DNA of 50,367 nucleotides from an uncultured Ruminococcus sp. (lineage in GTDB: Bacteria > Bacillota > Clostridia > Oscillospirales > Acutalibacteraceae). The stretch's first letter is position 1. Each line of letters begins with the position of its first letter. The position numbers and the translations under genes are program-made. Below, in pieces: positions 18,484 to 28,655 of this stretch. Under the pieces are notes generated by a model that worked only from the letters and a program-made list of their open reading frames with translations, did no database searches and was not told the DNA's origin. The stretch spans positions 1-50,367 of the forward strand of contig CADAUE010000001.1 of NCBI GenBank assembly GCA_902790985.1, in the 5' to 3' direction.

Positions 18484-18792
18484 TTATGCCAAAGAACGTC
18501 TGACGATCTCGTCGACCCAGCCGTCCTTTTTCTCGCGATACAGGTCGCGCATCTCTTTCTTCGCGCCGTCGATACGTTCCTCATAGGCTTTGAGATACTC
18601 TTTCGCGCGATTCTCCTCCACGCCGATGTTCTTTTCGACGCGGGCTTTGGCTCGTTCGATATAGTCGTTGTAGATCTGCTCGCGGAGCTTCTCTACCTCT
18701 TCCTCACTTTTGAGCTTTTCACTCTTTGCCTGTTGCTCGACCTTACGCGCCTGTTCATCCATCTCGATGATTTTCTTCAACAGATCCTGCAT
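18484..18792 (-). CDS. V/A-type ATPase peripheral stalk subunit G/H
   Basis: 102-aa charged coiled coil (LKKIIEMDEQAR...WVDEIV); first gene of the operon. Confidence 0.75.
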   Translation of the reverse strand: MQDLLKKIIEMDEQARKVEQQAKSEKLKSEEEVEKLREQIYNDYIERAKARVEKNIGVEENRAKEYLKAYEERIDGAKKEMRDLYREKKDGWVDEIVRRSLA

Positions 18793-18892
18793 AATCTCCT
18801 CGATTCTTCCGACGAAAAAGGCGTCGGACTTTCGGATAACAACGTTAAATAATTGACAAAAACCGCCAAGCGGTCTTGATGCACAGTTTTAT

Positions 18893-18920
18893 ATTATACC
18901 ACGTTTTTTACGATTTGCAA
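18893..18920 (-). promoter_or_regulatory. Sigma-A promoter of the V-ATPase operon
   Basis: Minus strand TTGCAA-16 bp-TATAAT with extended -10 (TGG-TATAAT). Confidence 0.7.
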
Positions 18921-18962
18921 TAGCTTGAACCATTATTTCATCATGAAATTCGGCACGAAAAT

Positions 18963-18991
18963 TTGACTTACGATAGAAAATGTACTATAGT
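18963..18991 (+). promoter_or_regulatory. Sigma-A promoter of the DUF2325-like gene
   Basis: TTGACT-17 bp-TATAGT. Confidence 0.75.
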
Positions 18992-19028
18992 ATCAGCAAA
19001 CACGAAACCTCAGGAAAAGAGGAGTTCT

Positions 19029-20966
19029 ATGAACAGTGAGATTCTCAAAAAGCTGGAAAACGCGATCGCTCAATCAAAGGCAGGGCAAAATGTCAAGTCC
19101 TATGACTTTCCGGATCCGAATTCCGTCGCGGAGCTGCTCAGAAGAACGGACATCCTTTTCAAAGAAAGGATCAAGCTGATCCGCAGGTTGAAAGGCGACG
19201 ATTTCTGCGAAGCCGACAGCGACTGCGGCGAAGAGACCATCAAGCGCAGAAAACAGGCTCTTATCGCCAAATCACCCGAATTCTGCCGCAGGTTCAAAGC
19301 GAAATATCCGAACCTCTCTATCGCAGATGAGCTTCTGTGTCTTAACGCTCCTTCCGCCGCGCTGACCTATACGGAGCTCAACAGCGCCGTGCATGTCGAG
19401 ACCGCTGCGGCACTCTGGTTGCTGGACTATCTGATCGATAACGACAGGCTCGACGACGCTCTCCCCTACCTTCCCGAAAGTCGCAGGGAGCTTGACAGCG
19501 TGCGCTGCCCGAACATCAGCGACTCGGTCCACAACGACGACATGATCAAAGGTATGCTCTATGTCATTCGCAACCGTGATAAGGACAGAAACAGTTTTGA
19601 TGCCGTCATGCGGCTGATCGATTCCGAAACCGTCGGCGATATCGACGAGTTGTTTCTTTCTTCCGTAACAAAGGTCTGCGACAGCCTGTTGGGGATCCTA
19701 GACGGCATCCAAAAAGAGATCAACTCGACATTGATCACGAAAGAGCGTGAAGCAAAAGCCGCTCTCCAAAGCAGCGACGCCGAAGCTGAAAAATCACTTC
19801 AGAAGATCAACGAGATGGATGAAAAGCTCAGCGCTCTGTATTTTGATAAAGAGGATTTTTGTCTGAATGCTCTGCACTACGCGAACGGTCGGTCTGATAC
19901 AGACAATGATCCGGCAATCAAGCCCATCCGAATCGATACCGCCAACCCCTACGCCTACTGCTTCGGCTATTTGCATCTGCTTGACGGCGACAGCGACTAT
20001 ATTTGGCTCTGCAACCTCAGCCTGTATGTCCTCAGCTCCGCATGCGCCTGTCTGCCGTGGGCGATCACTGACGATTTGGATGACGACAGCGTACAAATCG
20101 ACCCCGCGTTTCTCGACGCAGCCTTGCAAAACTGTGAAAACTACCTCGTACCACCTTCGGACAGTGTGCTGAACAAACCGATCGTCAAGCCGCCGTTTCT
20201 CTCCGGAAGCGATGAAAATATCCGCTTTTCACAGCTGGTTTATCTGGTAACGGGGCTGGTTCCGCCTTCATGTATGACAGGCATGTCCTACATGAAGGCG
20301 CTGTTTGACACGGATGATCTCAGCCGCGGCGAGACCGATCTGCTTTATGACTATCTCATGCTCGCCTACGCGATCAACCGCAGGGACACGAACTATGTCT
20401 TTATCGACGAGGACGAGACCGAGCCGTCCGAAGCACCTGCCGAAGCGGAAGGATCGTCAGACGCCACGCTGCTCAAATCTCTCAAGCAGGAAAATAAAAA
20501 CCTCAAAGGACTGATCAATCGTCTGGAGCATAAGCTCAAAGACTGCGCCGCGGAGCTGGAAAAGACGGAAAGCGAACTTGAACGCGCGACAAACGAGCTG
20601 GCGGAGCTGCGCTCCATGATCCGCAAGGCGGAGATCACCGAAGAATACACCGCTACCGTTGACCTCCCCTACACCGCCCAAAAGCGCACCATCGTTTTCG
20701 GCGGACATGAATCCTGGATCAAGGGGATCAAGCCCCTGCTCCTCAACGTCCGCTTCATCGACTCCCCCACACGTTTCGACACCGATCTGATCCTCAATGC
20801 AGAATCGGTATGGATCCAAACCAACGCCATCAGTCACTCGGGCTTCTACAGGATCATCGACGTGATCCGCAAGCACGGCGTCGAGCTGCACTACTTCAAG
20901 TATTCGAGCGCCGAAAAATGTGCCGAACAGCTCGCGCTGGAGGATATGGGAGAATCAAATCAGTAG
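19029..20966 (+). CDS. Hypothetical protein with coiled coil and C-terminal DUF2325-like domain
   Basis: RBS GAGGAG before ATG 19029; C-terminal IVFGGHESW...WIQTNAISHSGFYRI pattern recalled for DUF2325. Confidence 0.7.
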   Translation: MNSEILKKLENAIAQSKAGQNVKSYDFPDPNSVAELLRRTDILFKERIKLIRRLKGDDFCEADSDCGEETIKRRKQALIAKSPEFCRRFKAKYPNLSIADELLCLNAPSAALTYTELNSAVHVETAAALWLLDYLIDNDRLDDALPYLPESRRELDSVRCPNISDSVHNDDMIKGMLYVIRNRDKDRNSFDAVMRLIDSETVGDIDELFLSSVTKVCDSLLGILDGIQKEINSTLITKEREAKAALQSSDAEAEKSLQKINEMDEKLSALYFDKEDFCLNALHYANGRSDTDNDPAIKPIRIDTANPYAYCFGYLHLLDGDSDYIWLCNLSLYVLSSACACLPWAITDDLDDDSVQIDPAFLDAALQNCENYLVPPSDSVLNKPIVKPPFLSGSDENIRFSQLVYLVTGLVPPSCMTGMSYMKALFDTDDLSRGETDLLYDYLMLAYAINRRDTNYVFIDEDETEPSEAPAEAEGSSDATLLKSLKQENKNLKGLINRLEHKLKDCAAELEKTESELERATNELAELRSMIRKAEITEEYTATVDLPYTAQKRTIVFGGHESWIKGIKPLLLNVRFIDSPTRFDTDLILNAESVWIQTNAISHSGFYRIIDVIRKHGVELHYFKYSSAEKCAEQLALEDMGESNQ

Positions 20967-20978
20967 CTCACTCACCCG

Positions 20979-21005
20979 CTCCGCCGTCATTCGGCGGAGT
21001 TTTTT
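20979..21005 (+). terminator. Intrinsic terminator
   Basis: CTCCGCCG-TCATT-CGGCGGAG followed by TTTTTT. Confidence 0.85.
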
Positions 21006-21047
21006 CGTGAATCCGAAAAATTTTAGGGATTATGTCGTGATCTAGTA

Positions 21048-21076
21048 TTGTCATCCTGTTATATTTAAGTTATAAT
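21048..21076 (+). promoter_or_regulatory. Near-consensus sigma-A promoter of the STAS-NRPS-MATE-sensor operon
   Basis: TTGTCA-17 bp-TATAAT, followed by AAGGAG RBS. Confidence 0.8.
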
Positions 21077-21118
21077 AAACACAATTAGGTTATTTTACTG
21101 TAAAGGAGATTTTTTACC

Positions 21119-21418
21119 ATGAACGTTTCCGTTAACACTGTTGACAATATCAGCACCTTTACCATCGAAGGACGGATCGACACCCTCACCGCGCCCGAGC
21201 TCGACAAAGCCTTCACCGAGGCGGAGCCCGTCAGCGATAAGGTCATCTTTGATATGAGCGGCGTGGATTACATCTCGTCGGCAGGTATGCGCGTCATCAT
21301 CGCCGTTCACCGAGCCATGACAAAGAAAAACGGTCTGGTCTTAAAGGGTCTGAGCAAAAATGTTCGAACCATCATCAACCTGACCGGCTTCACCAAAATA
21401 CTGAACATAGAGGAGTAA
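21119..21418 (+). CDS. STAS-domain anti-sigma-factor antagonist (RsbV/SpoIIAA family)
   Basis: GRIDTLTAPEL and DMSGVDYISSAGMR with the phosphoacceptor Ser; 99 aa. Confidence 0.93.
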   Translation: MNVSVNTVDNISTFTIEGRIDTLTAPELDKAFTEAEPVSDKVIFDMSGVDYISSAGMRVIIAVHRAMTKKNGLVLKGLSKNVRTIINLTGFTKILNIEE

Positions 21419-21421
21419 GCA

Positions 21422-24400
21422 ATGAACCGTTATCCTCTCTCGAAAACCGAATACGGTATTTACATCGAACAGATCACCAACCGCAACACTGCCTACAACC
21501 TGCCGTTTTGTATCACGCTGCCCGACGATATCGAACTCTATCAGCTCGAGCGGGCGATCCGCGCGGCTGTAGCGGCACATCCATGCCTGTTTACTGCCTT
21601 TGCCGTTGATGAAAACGGTGAAGTATACAAATATCGACGCGAAGAATCGGTACAGATCGAGCGCGTGCAAACAGACGACTTTGAGCCTTATGACTATGTC
21701 GTCCCGTTTGATTTGCACAGCGACCGTCTGTACCGTTTTTTTATCGTCACGACCCCGTCCGAAAAGGTCCTTTTCTACGATATCCACCACATCGTCTTTG
21801 ACGGTATCTCCAACGCTGTCTTACTCGCCGATATCAATCGCGCTTACAGGGGGATCGAGCTGCTTCCCGAAACCTTTACGGCGGATGATTTTTCTCTGGA
21901 AGAGGTCGAACGTCTCGGCGGCGATGACTACCGAAAGGCAAAAGCGTATTACCAAAAGACATTTGACGGCGTGGATATCGACACCGCTTTTTATACTGAC
22001 AAAAATGAGCGCGAGCATAGCGCGAAGGAGCTTATCTACCGCTTTGAGACGGTCGATTCGGATTCTTTGAAGGCTCTTGCCGAAAAACACGGTGTAAAGC
22101 TCAGCTCCGTTTTCAACGCCGCTTTCGCCTATCTCCTTTCAAAGCACTGTAACTCTGCTCAGGTTCTGTACTCTACCGTCCATCACGGCAGAGATCAACG
22201 TCTGCAAAACGCCGTGGGCATGTTCGTCAAGACCTATCCGGTCTTTGCCGATCTTTCCGCCGACAAAGAGATCGGCGCGTATCTGAAAGACCTCAACAGC
22301 CATATCACACTGAATCGTGAAAACGACCTGTATTCCTTCGCCGATTTTTGTGCGGATACCAAACTCAACCCCACGGTTCTTTTCGCGTATCAAGGCGATA
22401 TGTTCACCGAAACGGAGTTAGCCGACGCAAAGTGCCGGGTCGAGCTGCTGCCGATGAAGGACGCAAAAAGCGGCTTTGAGCTGACCATCCGCCGCTCAAA
22501 CGGCAGGTTCATCGCCTACGCCGAGTACGATATGTCGCTCTACAACGACGACATCGTCATGATGATGCTCGAGAGCCTTGACAAGATCCTCTGCGATATG
22601 CAAACTGTCGAAACTCTATCCGAGATCGACATGCTGACCGATAATCAGCTTCGGTTACTCGACGAGAACAACCATTACGAAAACGACTGTGAGATCACTG
22701 ATATCGTCACCCTGTTCCGCCGCAGCGCGGAGAAATCTCCTGAGAATATCGCTGTCGTTTTCAAAGACAAACGCTTCACCTACCAAGAGATCGACCGCAT
22801 CTCCGAGAACATCGCCGCGCATCTCAAAAAAGCCGGGATCGGACGCGAGAACGTCGTATCCGTCCTCATCCCGCGGTGTGAGTATATGCCGATCGCCGCT
22901 TTGGGTATCCTCAAAACCGGCGCGGGCTATCAGCCGCTCGACCCCAGCTACCCGGTCGAACGCCTGTCGTTCATGATACAGGACGCCGACGCGAAATACC
23001 TCATCGCCGACCGCGAGCTGATGGACAGGCTGCCCGACTACAAAGGCGAAGTACTGTATACCGAGGACATCCCCTCTTTACCCGACTCCGATATACTCAC
23101 CGACCGTCCTCGACCGGAGGATCTGTTCATCATGCTGTACACCTCCGGCTCTACCGGCGTACCCAAGGGCGTCATGCTCGAACACCGCAACCTCTGCGCG
23201 TTCTGCCACTGGTACAGGAACTACTATGACCTTACCACCGACAGCAGGGTAGCGGCTTATGCCAGCTACGGCTTTGACGCGAATATGATGGACATGTACC
23301 CCGCGCTGACAAGCGGCGCGCAGCTGCACATCATCGCCGAGGAGATCCGCCTCGACCTTCTCGCGATCAAGGACTATTTTCACGAAAATAAAATCACCCA
23401 CATCTTCATGACCACGCAGGTCGGCAGACAGTACGCCGACCTCTTCCCCGACGCCGAGTACCCTCACCACCTGTCTGTCGGCGGTGAAAAGCTCGTTCCC
23501 GTCGAACCTCCGACAGGCTACCGCTTCTATAACGCCTACGGTCCGACCGAGTGTACGATCTTTACCAACATCTATCCTGTCGACCGCCTTTACGAACGCG
23601 TGCCGATCGGCAGAGCGCTGTATAACTTCAAGCAGTATGTTGTCGACAAAGATATGCGACGACTGCCTCCCGGCGTTCCGGGCGAGCTGATCGTCTCGGG
23701 AATACAGGTCGGCAGAGGGTATCTCAACCGCCCCGAGCAAAACGCGAAAGCCTTTATCCGAAATCCTTTCACCGATGATCCCGCCTATGGAAAGGCCTAC
23801 CGCACCGGCGACGTCGTCCGTATGCTCTCAGACGGCACGATCGACATCATCGGCAGAAACGACGGACAGGTCAAGATCCGCGGCTTCCGCATCGAGCTTT
23901 CCGAGGTCGAGGGCATCATCCGCAAATTTGACGGTATCAAAGACGCTACCGTGCAGGCGTTTGACGAAGCGGGCGGCGGCAAATTCATCGCCGCGTATAT
24001 CGTGTCGGACAAAGAGATCAACATCAACGATCTCAACGCCTTTATCCTTGAGAACAAACCACCGTATATGGTGCCCGCGGTGACGATGCAGATCGACCGC
24101 ATCCCCCTCAACCAGAACCAAAAGGTCAATAAACGCGCTCTGCCTATCCCCGAGAAGCAGAGCGAAGAAGTCACGCCGCCCGAGAACGAGACCCAGCAAA
24201 GGATCTTTGACAGCATCGCGGGCGTGATCGGGTCATCGGCTTTCGGTATCAACACCGATATCTTTGACGCGGGTCTGACCTCCATCGGCGCGATCAAGCT
24301 CAATGTCCTGCTCTCCAAGGAGTTCGACGTACCGGTCTCGATCGCCGATCTGCGCCGCAACACCACAGTGGTCGCGCTCGAAAGCTTTTTGGCGGGCGCG

Positions 24401-27400
24401 GAGAAATCCGAGAGGTATGATATCCTTCCGGACTATCCGATCACCCGGACCCAGAACGGCATCTTTGTCGCCTGTATCGCTAACCCCGGCACCACCATCT
24501 ACAACATCCCCTACCTCGTCACCCTCGGCGACAAGGTCGATATCGACCGCCTGTGTGAAGCGGTCAACGTCGCTTTCTCGGCACACCCCTATCTGCACAC
24601 CACCCTGTTCATGAACGATGACGGCGATATCCGCGCGAAACGTGACGACAGCGATCCTGTCAAAGTCAAGGTCATCGACTGTGATACGCTCCCTGATCAA
24701 GAAGAGTTGGTGCGCCCGTATCAGATCATCGGCGACCGCCTGTGCCGCGCGGAGATCTACCGCACCAAAGACGGTTGCTATCTCTTCATGGACTTCCACC
24801 ACATCGTCTTTGACGGCGCCAGCGCGGCGGTACTCTTACAGGATATCTGTGACGCTTACGACGGCAAAATGCCCGAAAAAGAAACCTACACCGGCTTTGA
24901 AACGGCTCTGCATGAAGAAAAGCTCCGTCGATCCGATCGCTACGAAAAGGCAAAAGCTTACTATGACGCGATCTTCCGCGGCTGTGACTCCGACTGTCTT
25001 CCCAAAGCCGATCGTCACGGCGACCACGAGAGCTCCGGCTTTTTGACCATCGCCACCGAAACCTCCATCGCGCCCATCAAAGCGTGGTGCGAAAAGCACG
25101 GTACGACCGAGAACGCCTTTTTCAACGCGGTATTCGGCTATACCGTCAGCCGCTATAACTTCTCCGATGAAGCGGTCTTTACCACCATCTACAACGGCAG
25201 GAGCGATTCCGCCGTTTTCCGCAGCACCGGTATGTTTGTCAAGACCCTGCCTGTATTCTGTGCGATCGACGCCAAAAGCACCGTTGCCGATTTTGTCAAA
25301 ACGACGGGTGATCAACTGATCGGCAGTATGGAAAACGACGTCTACTCCTTCTCCGAGATCTCTTCTGCCTACGATATTAAGCCCGACATCTCGATCGCTT
25401 ATCAAGGCGAAACGACCGACACACTGACGCTCGGCGGCGAGAGCTGCGAGCTTAAGCTGCTCCATCTCGATACCGCCAAATTCCCCTTGTCCATCGACAT
25501 ATTCATAAGCGGCGGAAAGCTGCTGCTTCTCGCGGAATATCGAAGCGATCTCTTCAGCGACGAGCTTGTCAAAGGTTTTGTCAAAGCGCTCGAAAAGGCG
25601 GCGACGGAATTCACCGAGAAAGATGAACTCCGTCAGATTTCCATCCTCACCGAGGAACAAAAGAAAAAGATCGACCGCTTCAACGAGACCGACCATCCGA
25701 TTGATATGATCAGCGTCAACAAGCTCTTTGAAGAACAGGTCAAGCTTCATCCCGACAAAACCGCCGTGATCGCGGACGGTATCGAGCTTAGCTATCAAGA
25801 GCTGAACAACAAAGCGAATCAGATCGCCCGCACCCTGCTCGACAAGGGTCTCTCAGTCGGCGAGACCGTAGGCATGCTCCTGCCGCGTACCGTAGACGCG
25901 ATCGCCGCCGAGTACGGTATCATGAAAGCGGGCGGCGCGTTCCTGCCCATGCTGCCCGGTTATCCCGATGACAGGATCGACTACTGTCTGACGGATTCTT
26001 CGAGCCGCTTTGTCATTACCACTGATGAAATCTTAAACGAAAGATACGATCTGCTCAGCGGCACAGCCTATCAGCCGCTGACAGTCAATGAGCTTTATCA
26101 AAATACCCATACAGAGAATCCCGATGTTGACATTCCCACCGACTCCCTCGCCTACTGCATCTACACCTCCGGCTCTACCGGCACGCCCAAGGGCGTGATG
26201 ATCGAGCACGGCAACCTGTGCAACTTTGTCAACGCGAATCCTCTGAACCACGAGACCGTCAACTTTGTATCCCACGGCTCGGTCGCGCTGTCTGTAGCGG
26301 CGTTCTCCTTCGACTTCTCGCTGATGGAGATCCACATCACCCTGTGCAACGGCATGACGCTGTGTATTGCCGGCGATGACGAGATCCACAATCCGCTTCT
26401 TCTCGCGGAAATGATCGAAAGATACAACGTTGATGTGATCTCCGGCACCCCTTCCTTTATCTCTAACGTACTGGACGTTCCGCGAGCGGCACAGTCGTTA
26501 AAAAACGTCGGTATGTACGACCTCGGCGCGGAAGCCTTCCCGCCCTCGCTCTACACGAAGCTGCGCAAAGCAAGCCCAAAAGCAGTCATCGTCAACGGCT
26601 ACGGCCCTACCGAAGCGACCGTCAGCTGTATCTCAAAGGTCGTAGAAAGTCCCGAACATATCACCATCGGCACGCCTGCCGCGAATGTGCGCGCTTACAT
26701 CTTTGACCTTTGCGGCAACCTTCTGCCCGAGGGAGCGAAAGGCGAGCTGGTCATCGGAGGGCTGGGCGTCGGTCGCGGCTATGTCAACCTTCCCGATAAG
26801 ACCGCGGCGGCGTTCATTACCGTCAACGGCGAACGCGCCTACCGCACCGGCGATATCGCGCGTATCGACACCTACGGCGAGATCGAGTTCTTCGGCAGAC
26901 TGGACAACCAGGTCAAGCTGCGCGGACTGCGCGTCGAGCTGGACGAGATCATCAACGTCATGCAGTCGTACCCGGGCGTCAAGCACGCGATCGTCATCGT
27001 CCGTGGCGAGGGCGAACAGCAGTATCTCTGCGCCTACTACACCACAGACGGCGCGAAGATCGAGAAAGACGACCTCGTCGCCCATATGAAGAAATCCCTT
27101 GCTCACTACATGATCCCCTCGGTCTTTACACAGCTCGAAGAGATCCCGCTGACAAGCAACGGAAAGATCGACAAAAAAGCCTTGCCCGAACCGCAGTTCA
27201 TGCAGGTGCAGAAGAAGGGCAAAGCACCCGTCACCGATCTGCAAAAGAAGCTCTGCGCGATCTTTGCCTATGCTCTCGGCATGGATCAGGTCGGAACGGA
27301 TGAAAACTTCTTTGAGATCGGCGGCACCTCCCTGCTCGCCTCTAAGGTCGCGGTCAAGGCGATGTCCGAGAATCTCCCGATTGCATTCAAGGATATCTTC

Positions 27401-28654
27401 GATTATCCGACTGTCGAAGAGATGGAAAGGTATATCGAATCCTCCTCTGCGACCGATGGCGGAGAAGCGACCGTAGAAGCCTCCGAAAATGAGACCGCGC
27501 TCTCTCACAACGTTATCGACCATGTCGATGAGATCGCGTATGAGGACGTCGGCGATATCCTCTTGACAGGCGCGACAGGCTTCCTCGGCGTCCATGTCCT
27601 ACACCATTTGATCGAGAAAACAGACAAAAAGATCTATTGTCTGTTGCGCGGAAGCGACGTCACACCCGATGAAAAACTGATGAACATCCTGATGTACTAC
27701 TTTGATACGCCGTACGAAAACCTGTTCGGCGAGCGGATCTTTACCGTCGCGGGCGATATCACCGACCGCGACAAGGTCATGGAGCTTGCGTCGATCGACT
27801 TCGGCGCGGTCATCAACTGCGCGGCGTGCGTCAAGCACTTTACGCAGGACGATACTCTCGATCGCATCAATTGGCACGGCGTGGAGAATCTGATCGACTT
27901 GTGCGTCAAAGCGGATCGCAGGCTGGTGCAGGTCTCGACTGTCAGCATCGCGGGTACCAGCGTCAACGGCGCGTTCAGCGTAGATAAAAAGATCCGAGAA
28001 AACGAGCTGTACTTCGGACAAAATCTCGATAATAAATACGTTTACACCAAGTTCAAGGCGGAAGAATCGCTCCTTAAGGCGGTCAGCGAGCGCGGTCTTG
28101 ACGGCAAGATCATCCGCGTAGGCAACTTGATGAGCCGCTACAGCGACGGCGAGTTCCAGATCAACTCCGTCACCAACGGCTTCATGCGCAGTCTGCGCGC
28201 CTATGCCGCTCTCGGTGTGATCTCTGTCGCCGCCCTCGACGAGCCGGTGGAATTCTCCCCCATCGACTGCACCGCCTCTGCTGTTGTGACCTTGACTGAG
28301 TCTAACGACTCGTTCACCGTTTTCCACGCGACCAACGGACACCGTGTACAGATGGGCGACGTCATCGAAGCGATGAACCGCAGCGGCGTCAAGGTCGATA
28401 TCGTCAGCGACAAAGACTTCACCGAGGCGTTCACAAAAGCGCTCAGTGATGAAAAACTCAGCGAGTCGGTATCGCCCTTGATCTCCTATCAAGCGTCCGA
28501 CAAGAACACGATCGAGTTCTTCATCGACTATGACAACACCTTCACCACCAAGGCGCTGTACCGCTTGAACTTCAAATGGCCGATCATCAACGAAACCTAT
28601 CTTGAAAACGTTTTTGACGCGCTGGCAACCCTCGCGTTCTTTGACGAGGTATGA
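21422..28654 (+). CDS. Bimodular nonribosomal peptide synthetase, C-A-T-C-A-T-R (terminal thioester reductase)
   Basis: HHIVFDG twice (21785, 24797); YTSGSTGxPKG twice; YGPTE and YRTGD twice; carrier Ser in GLTS (24281) and GGTS (27329); R domain with TGATGFLG and YVYTK. Confidence 0.95.
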   Translation: MNRYPLSKTEYGIYIEQITNRNTAYNLPFCITLPDDIELYQLERAIRAAVAAHPCLFTAFAVDENGEVYKYRREESVQIERVQTDDFEPYDYVVPFDLHSDRLYRFFIVTTPSEKVLFYDIHHIVFDGISNAVLLADINRAYRGIELLPETFTADDFSLEEVERLGGDDYRKAKAYYQKTFDGVDIDTAFYTDKNEREHSAKELIYRFETVDSDSLKALAEKHGVKLSSVFNAAFAYLLSKHCNSAQVLYSTVHHGRDQRLQNAVGMFVKTYPVFADLSADKEIGAYLKDLNSHITLNRENDLYSFADFCADTKLNPTVLFAYQGDMFTETELADAKCRVELLPMKDAKSGFELTIRRSNGRFIAYAEYDMSLYNDDIVMMMLESLDKILCDMQTVETLSEIDMLTDNQLRLLDENNHYENDCEITDIVTLFRRSAEKSPENIAVVFKDKRFTYQEIDRISENIAAHLKKAGIGRENVVSVLIPRCEYMPIAALGILKTGAGYQPLDPSYPVERLSFMIQDADAKYLIADRELMDRLPDYKGEVLYTEDIPSLPDSDILTDRPRPEDLFIMLYTSGSTGVPKGVMLEHRNLCAFCHWYRNYYDLTTDSRVAAYASYGFDANMMDMYPALTSGAQLHIIAEEIRLDLLAIKDYFHENKITHIFMTTQVGRQYADLFPDAEYPHHLSVGGEKLVPVEPPTGYRFYNAYGPTECTIFTNIYPVDRLYERVPIGRALYNFKQYVVDKDMRRLPPGVPGELIVSGIQVGRGYLNRPEQNAKAFIRNPFTDDPAYGKAYRTGDVVRMLSDGTIDIIGRNDGQVKIRGFRIELSEVEGIIRKFDGIKDATVQAFDEAGGGKFIAAYIVSDKEININDLNAFILENKPPYMVPAVTMQIDRIPLNQNQKVNKRALPIPEKQSEEVTPPENETQQRIFDSIAGVIGSSAFGINTDIFDAGLTSIGAIKLNVLLSKEFDVPVSIADLRRNTTVVALESFLAGAEKSERYDILPDYPITRTQNGIFVACIANPGTTIYNIPYLVTLGDKVDIDRLCEAVNVAFSAHPYLHTTLFMNDDGDIRAKRDDSDPVKVKVIDCDTLPDQEELVRPYQIIGDRLCRAEIYRTKDGCYLFMDFHHIVFDGASAAVLLQDICDAYDGKMPEKETYTGFETALHEEKLRRSDRYEKAKAYYDAIFRGCDSDCLPKADRHGDHESSGFLTIATETSIAPIKAWCEKHGTTENAFFNAVFGYTVSRYNFSDEAVFTTIYNGRSDSAVFRSTGMFVKTLPVFCAIDAKSTVADFVKTTGDQLIGSMENDVYSFSEISSAYDIKPDISIAYQGETTDTLTLGGESCELKLLHLDTAKFPLSIDIFISGGKLLLLAEYRSDLFSDELVKGFVKALEKAATEFTEKDELRQISILTEEQKKKIDRFNETDHPIDMISVNKLFEEQVKLHPDKTAVIADGIELSYQELNNKANQIARTLLDKGLSVGETVGMLLPRTVDAIAAEYGIMKAGGAFLPMLPGYPDDRIDYCLTDSSSRFVITTDEILNERYDLLSGTAYQPLTVNELYQNTHTENPDVDIPTDSLAYCIYTSGSTGTPKGVMIEHGNLCNFVNANPLNHETVNFVSHGSVALSVAAFSFDFSLMEIHITLCNGMTLCIAGDDEIHNPLLLAEMIERYNVDVISGTPSFISNVLDVPRAAQSLKNVGMYDLGAEAFPPSLYTKLRKASPKAVIVNGYGPTEATVSCISKVVESPEHITIGTPAANVRAYIFDLCGNLLPEGAKGELVIGGLGVGRGYVNLPDKTAAAFITVNGERAYRTGDIARIDTYGEIEFFGRLDNQVKLRGLRVELDEIINVMQSYPGVKHAIVIVRGEGEQQYLCAYYTTDGAKIEKDDLVAHMKKSLAHYMIPSVFTQLEEIPLTSNGKIDKKALPEPQFMQVQKKGKAPVTDLQKKLCAIFAYALGMDQVGTDENFFEIGGTSLLASKVAVKAMSENLPIAFKDIFDYPTVEEMERYIESSSATDGGEATVEASENETALSHNVIDHVDEIAYEDVGDILLTGATGFLGVHVLHHLIEKTDKKIYCLLRGSDVTPDEKLMNILMYYFDTPYENLFGERIFTVAGDITDRDKVMELASIDFGAVINCAACVKHFTQDDTLDRINWHGVENLIDLCVKADRRLVQVSTVSIAGTSVNGAFSVDKKIRENELYFGQNLDNKYVYTKFKAEESLLKAVSERGLDGKIIRVGNLMSRYSDGEFQINSVTNGFMRSLRAYAALGVISVAALDEPVEFSPIDCTASAVVTLTESNDSFTVFHATNGHRVQMGDVIEAMNRSGVKVDIVSDKDFTEAFTKALSDEKLSESVSPLISYQASDKNTIEFFIDYDNTFTTKALYRLNFKWPIINETYLENVFDALATLAFFDEV

Positions 28655-28655
28655 T

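Noticed and set aside
18963-19028. ORF-track TTG start at 18963
   Set aside because: The TTG is the -35 box of a good promoter; ATG 19029 has the RBS.
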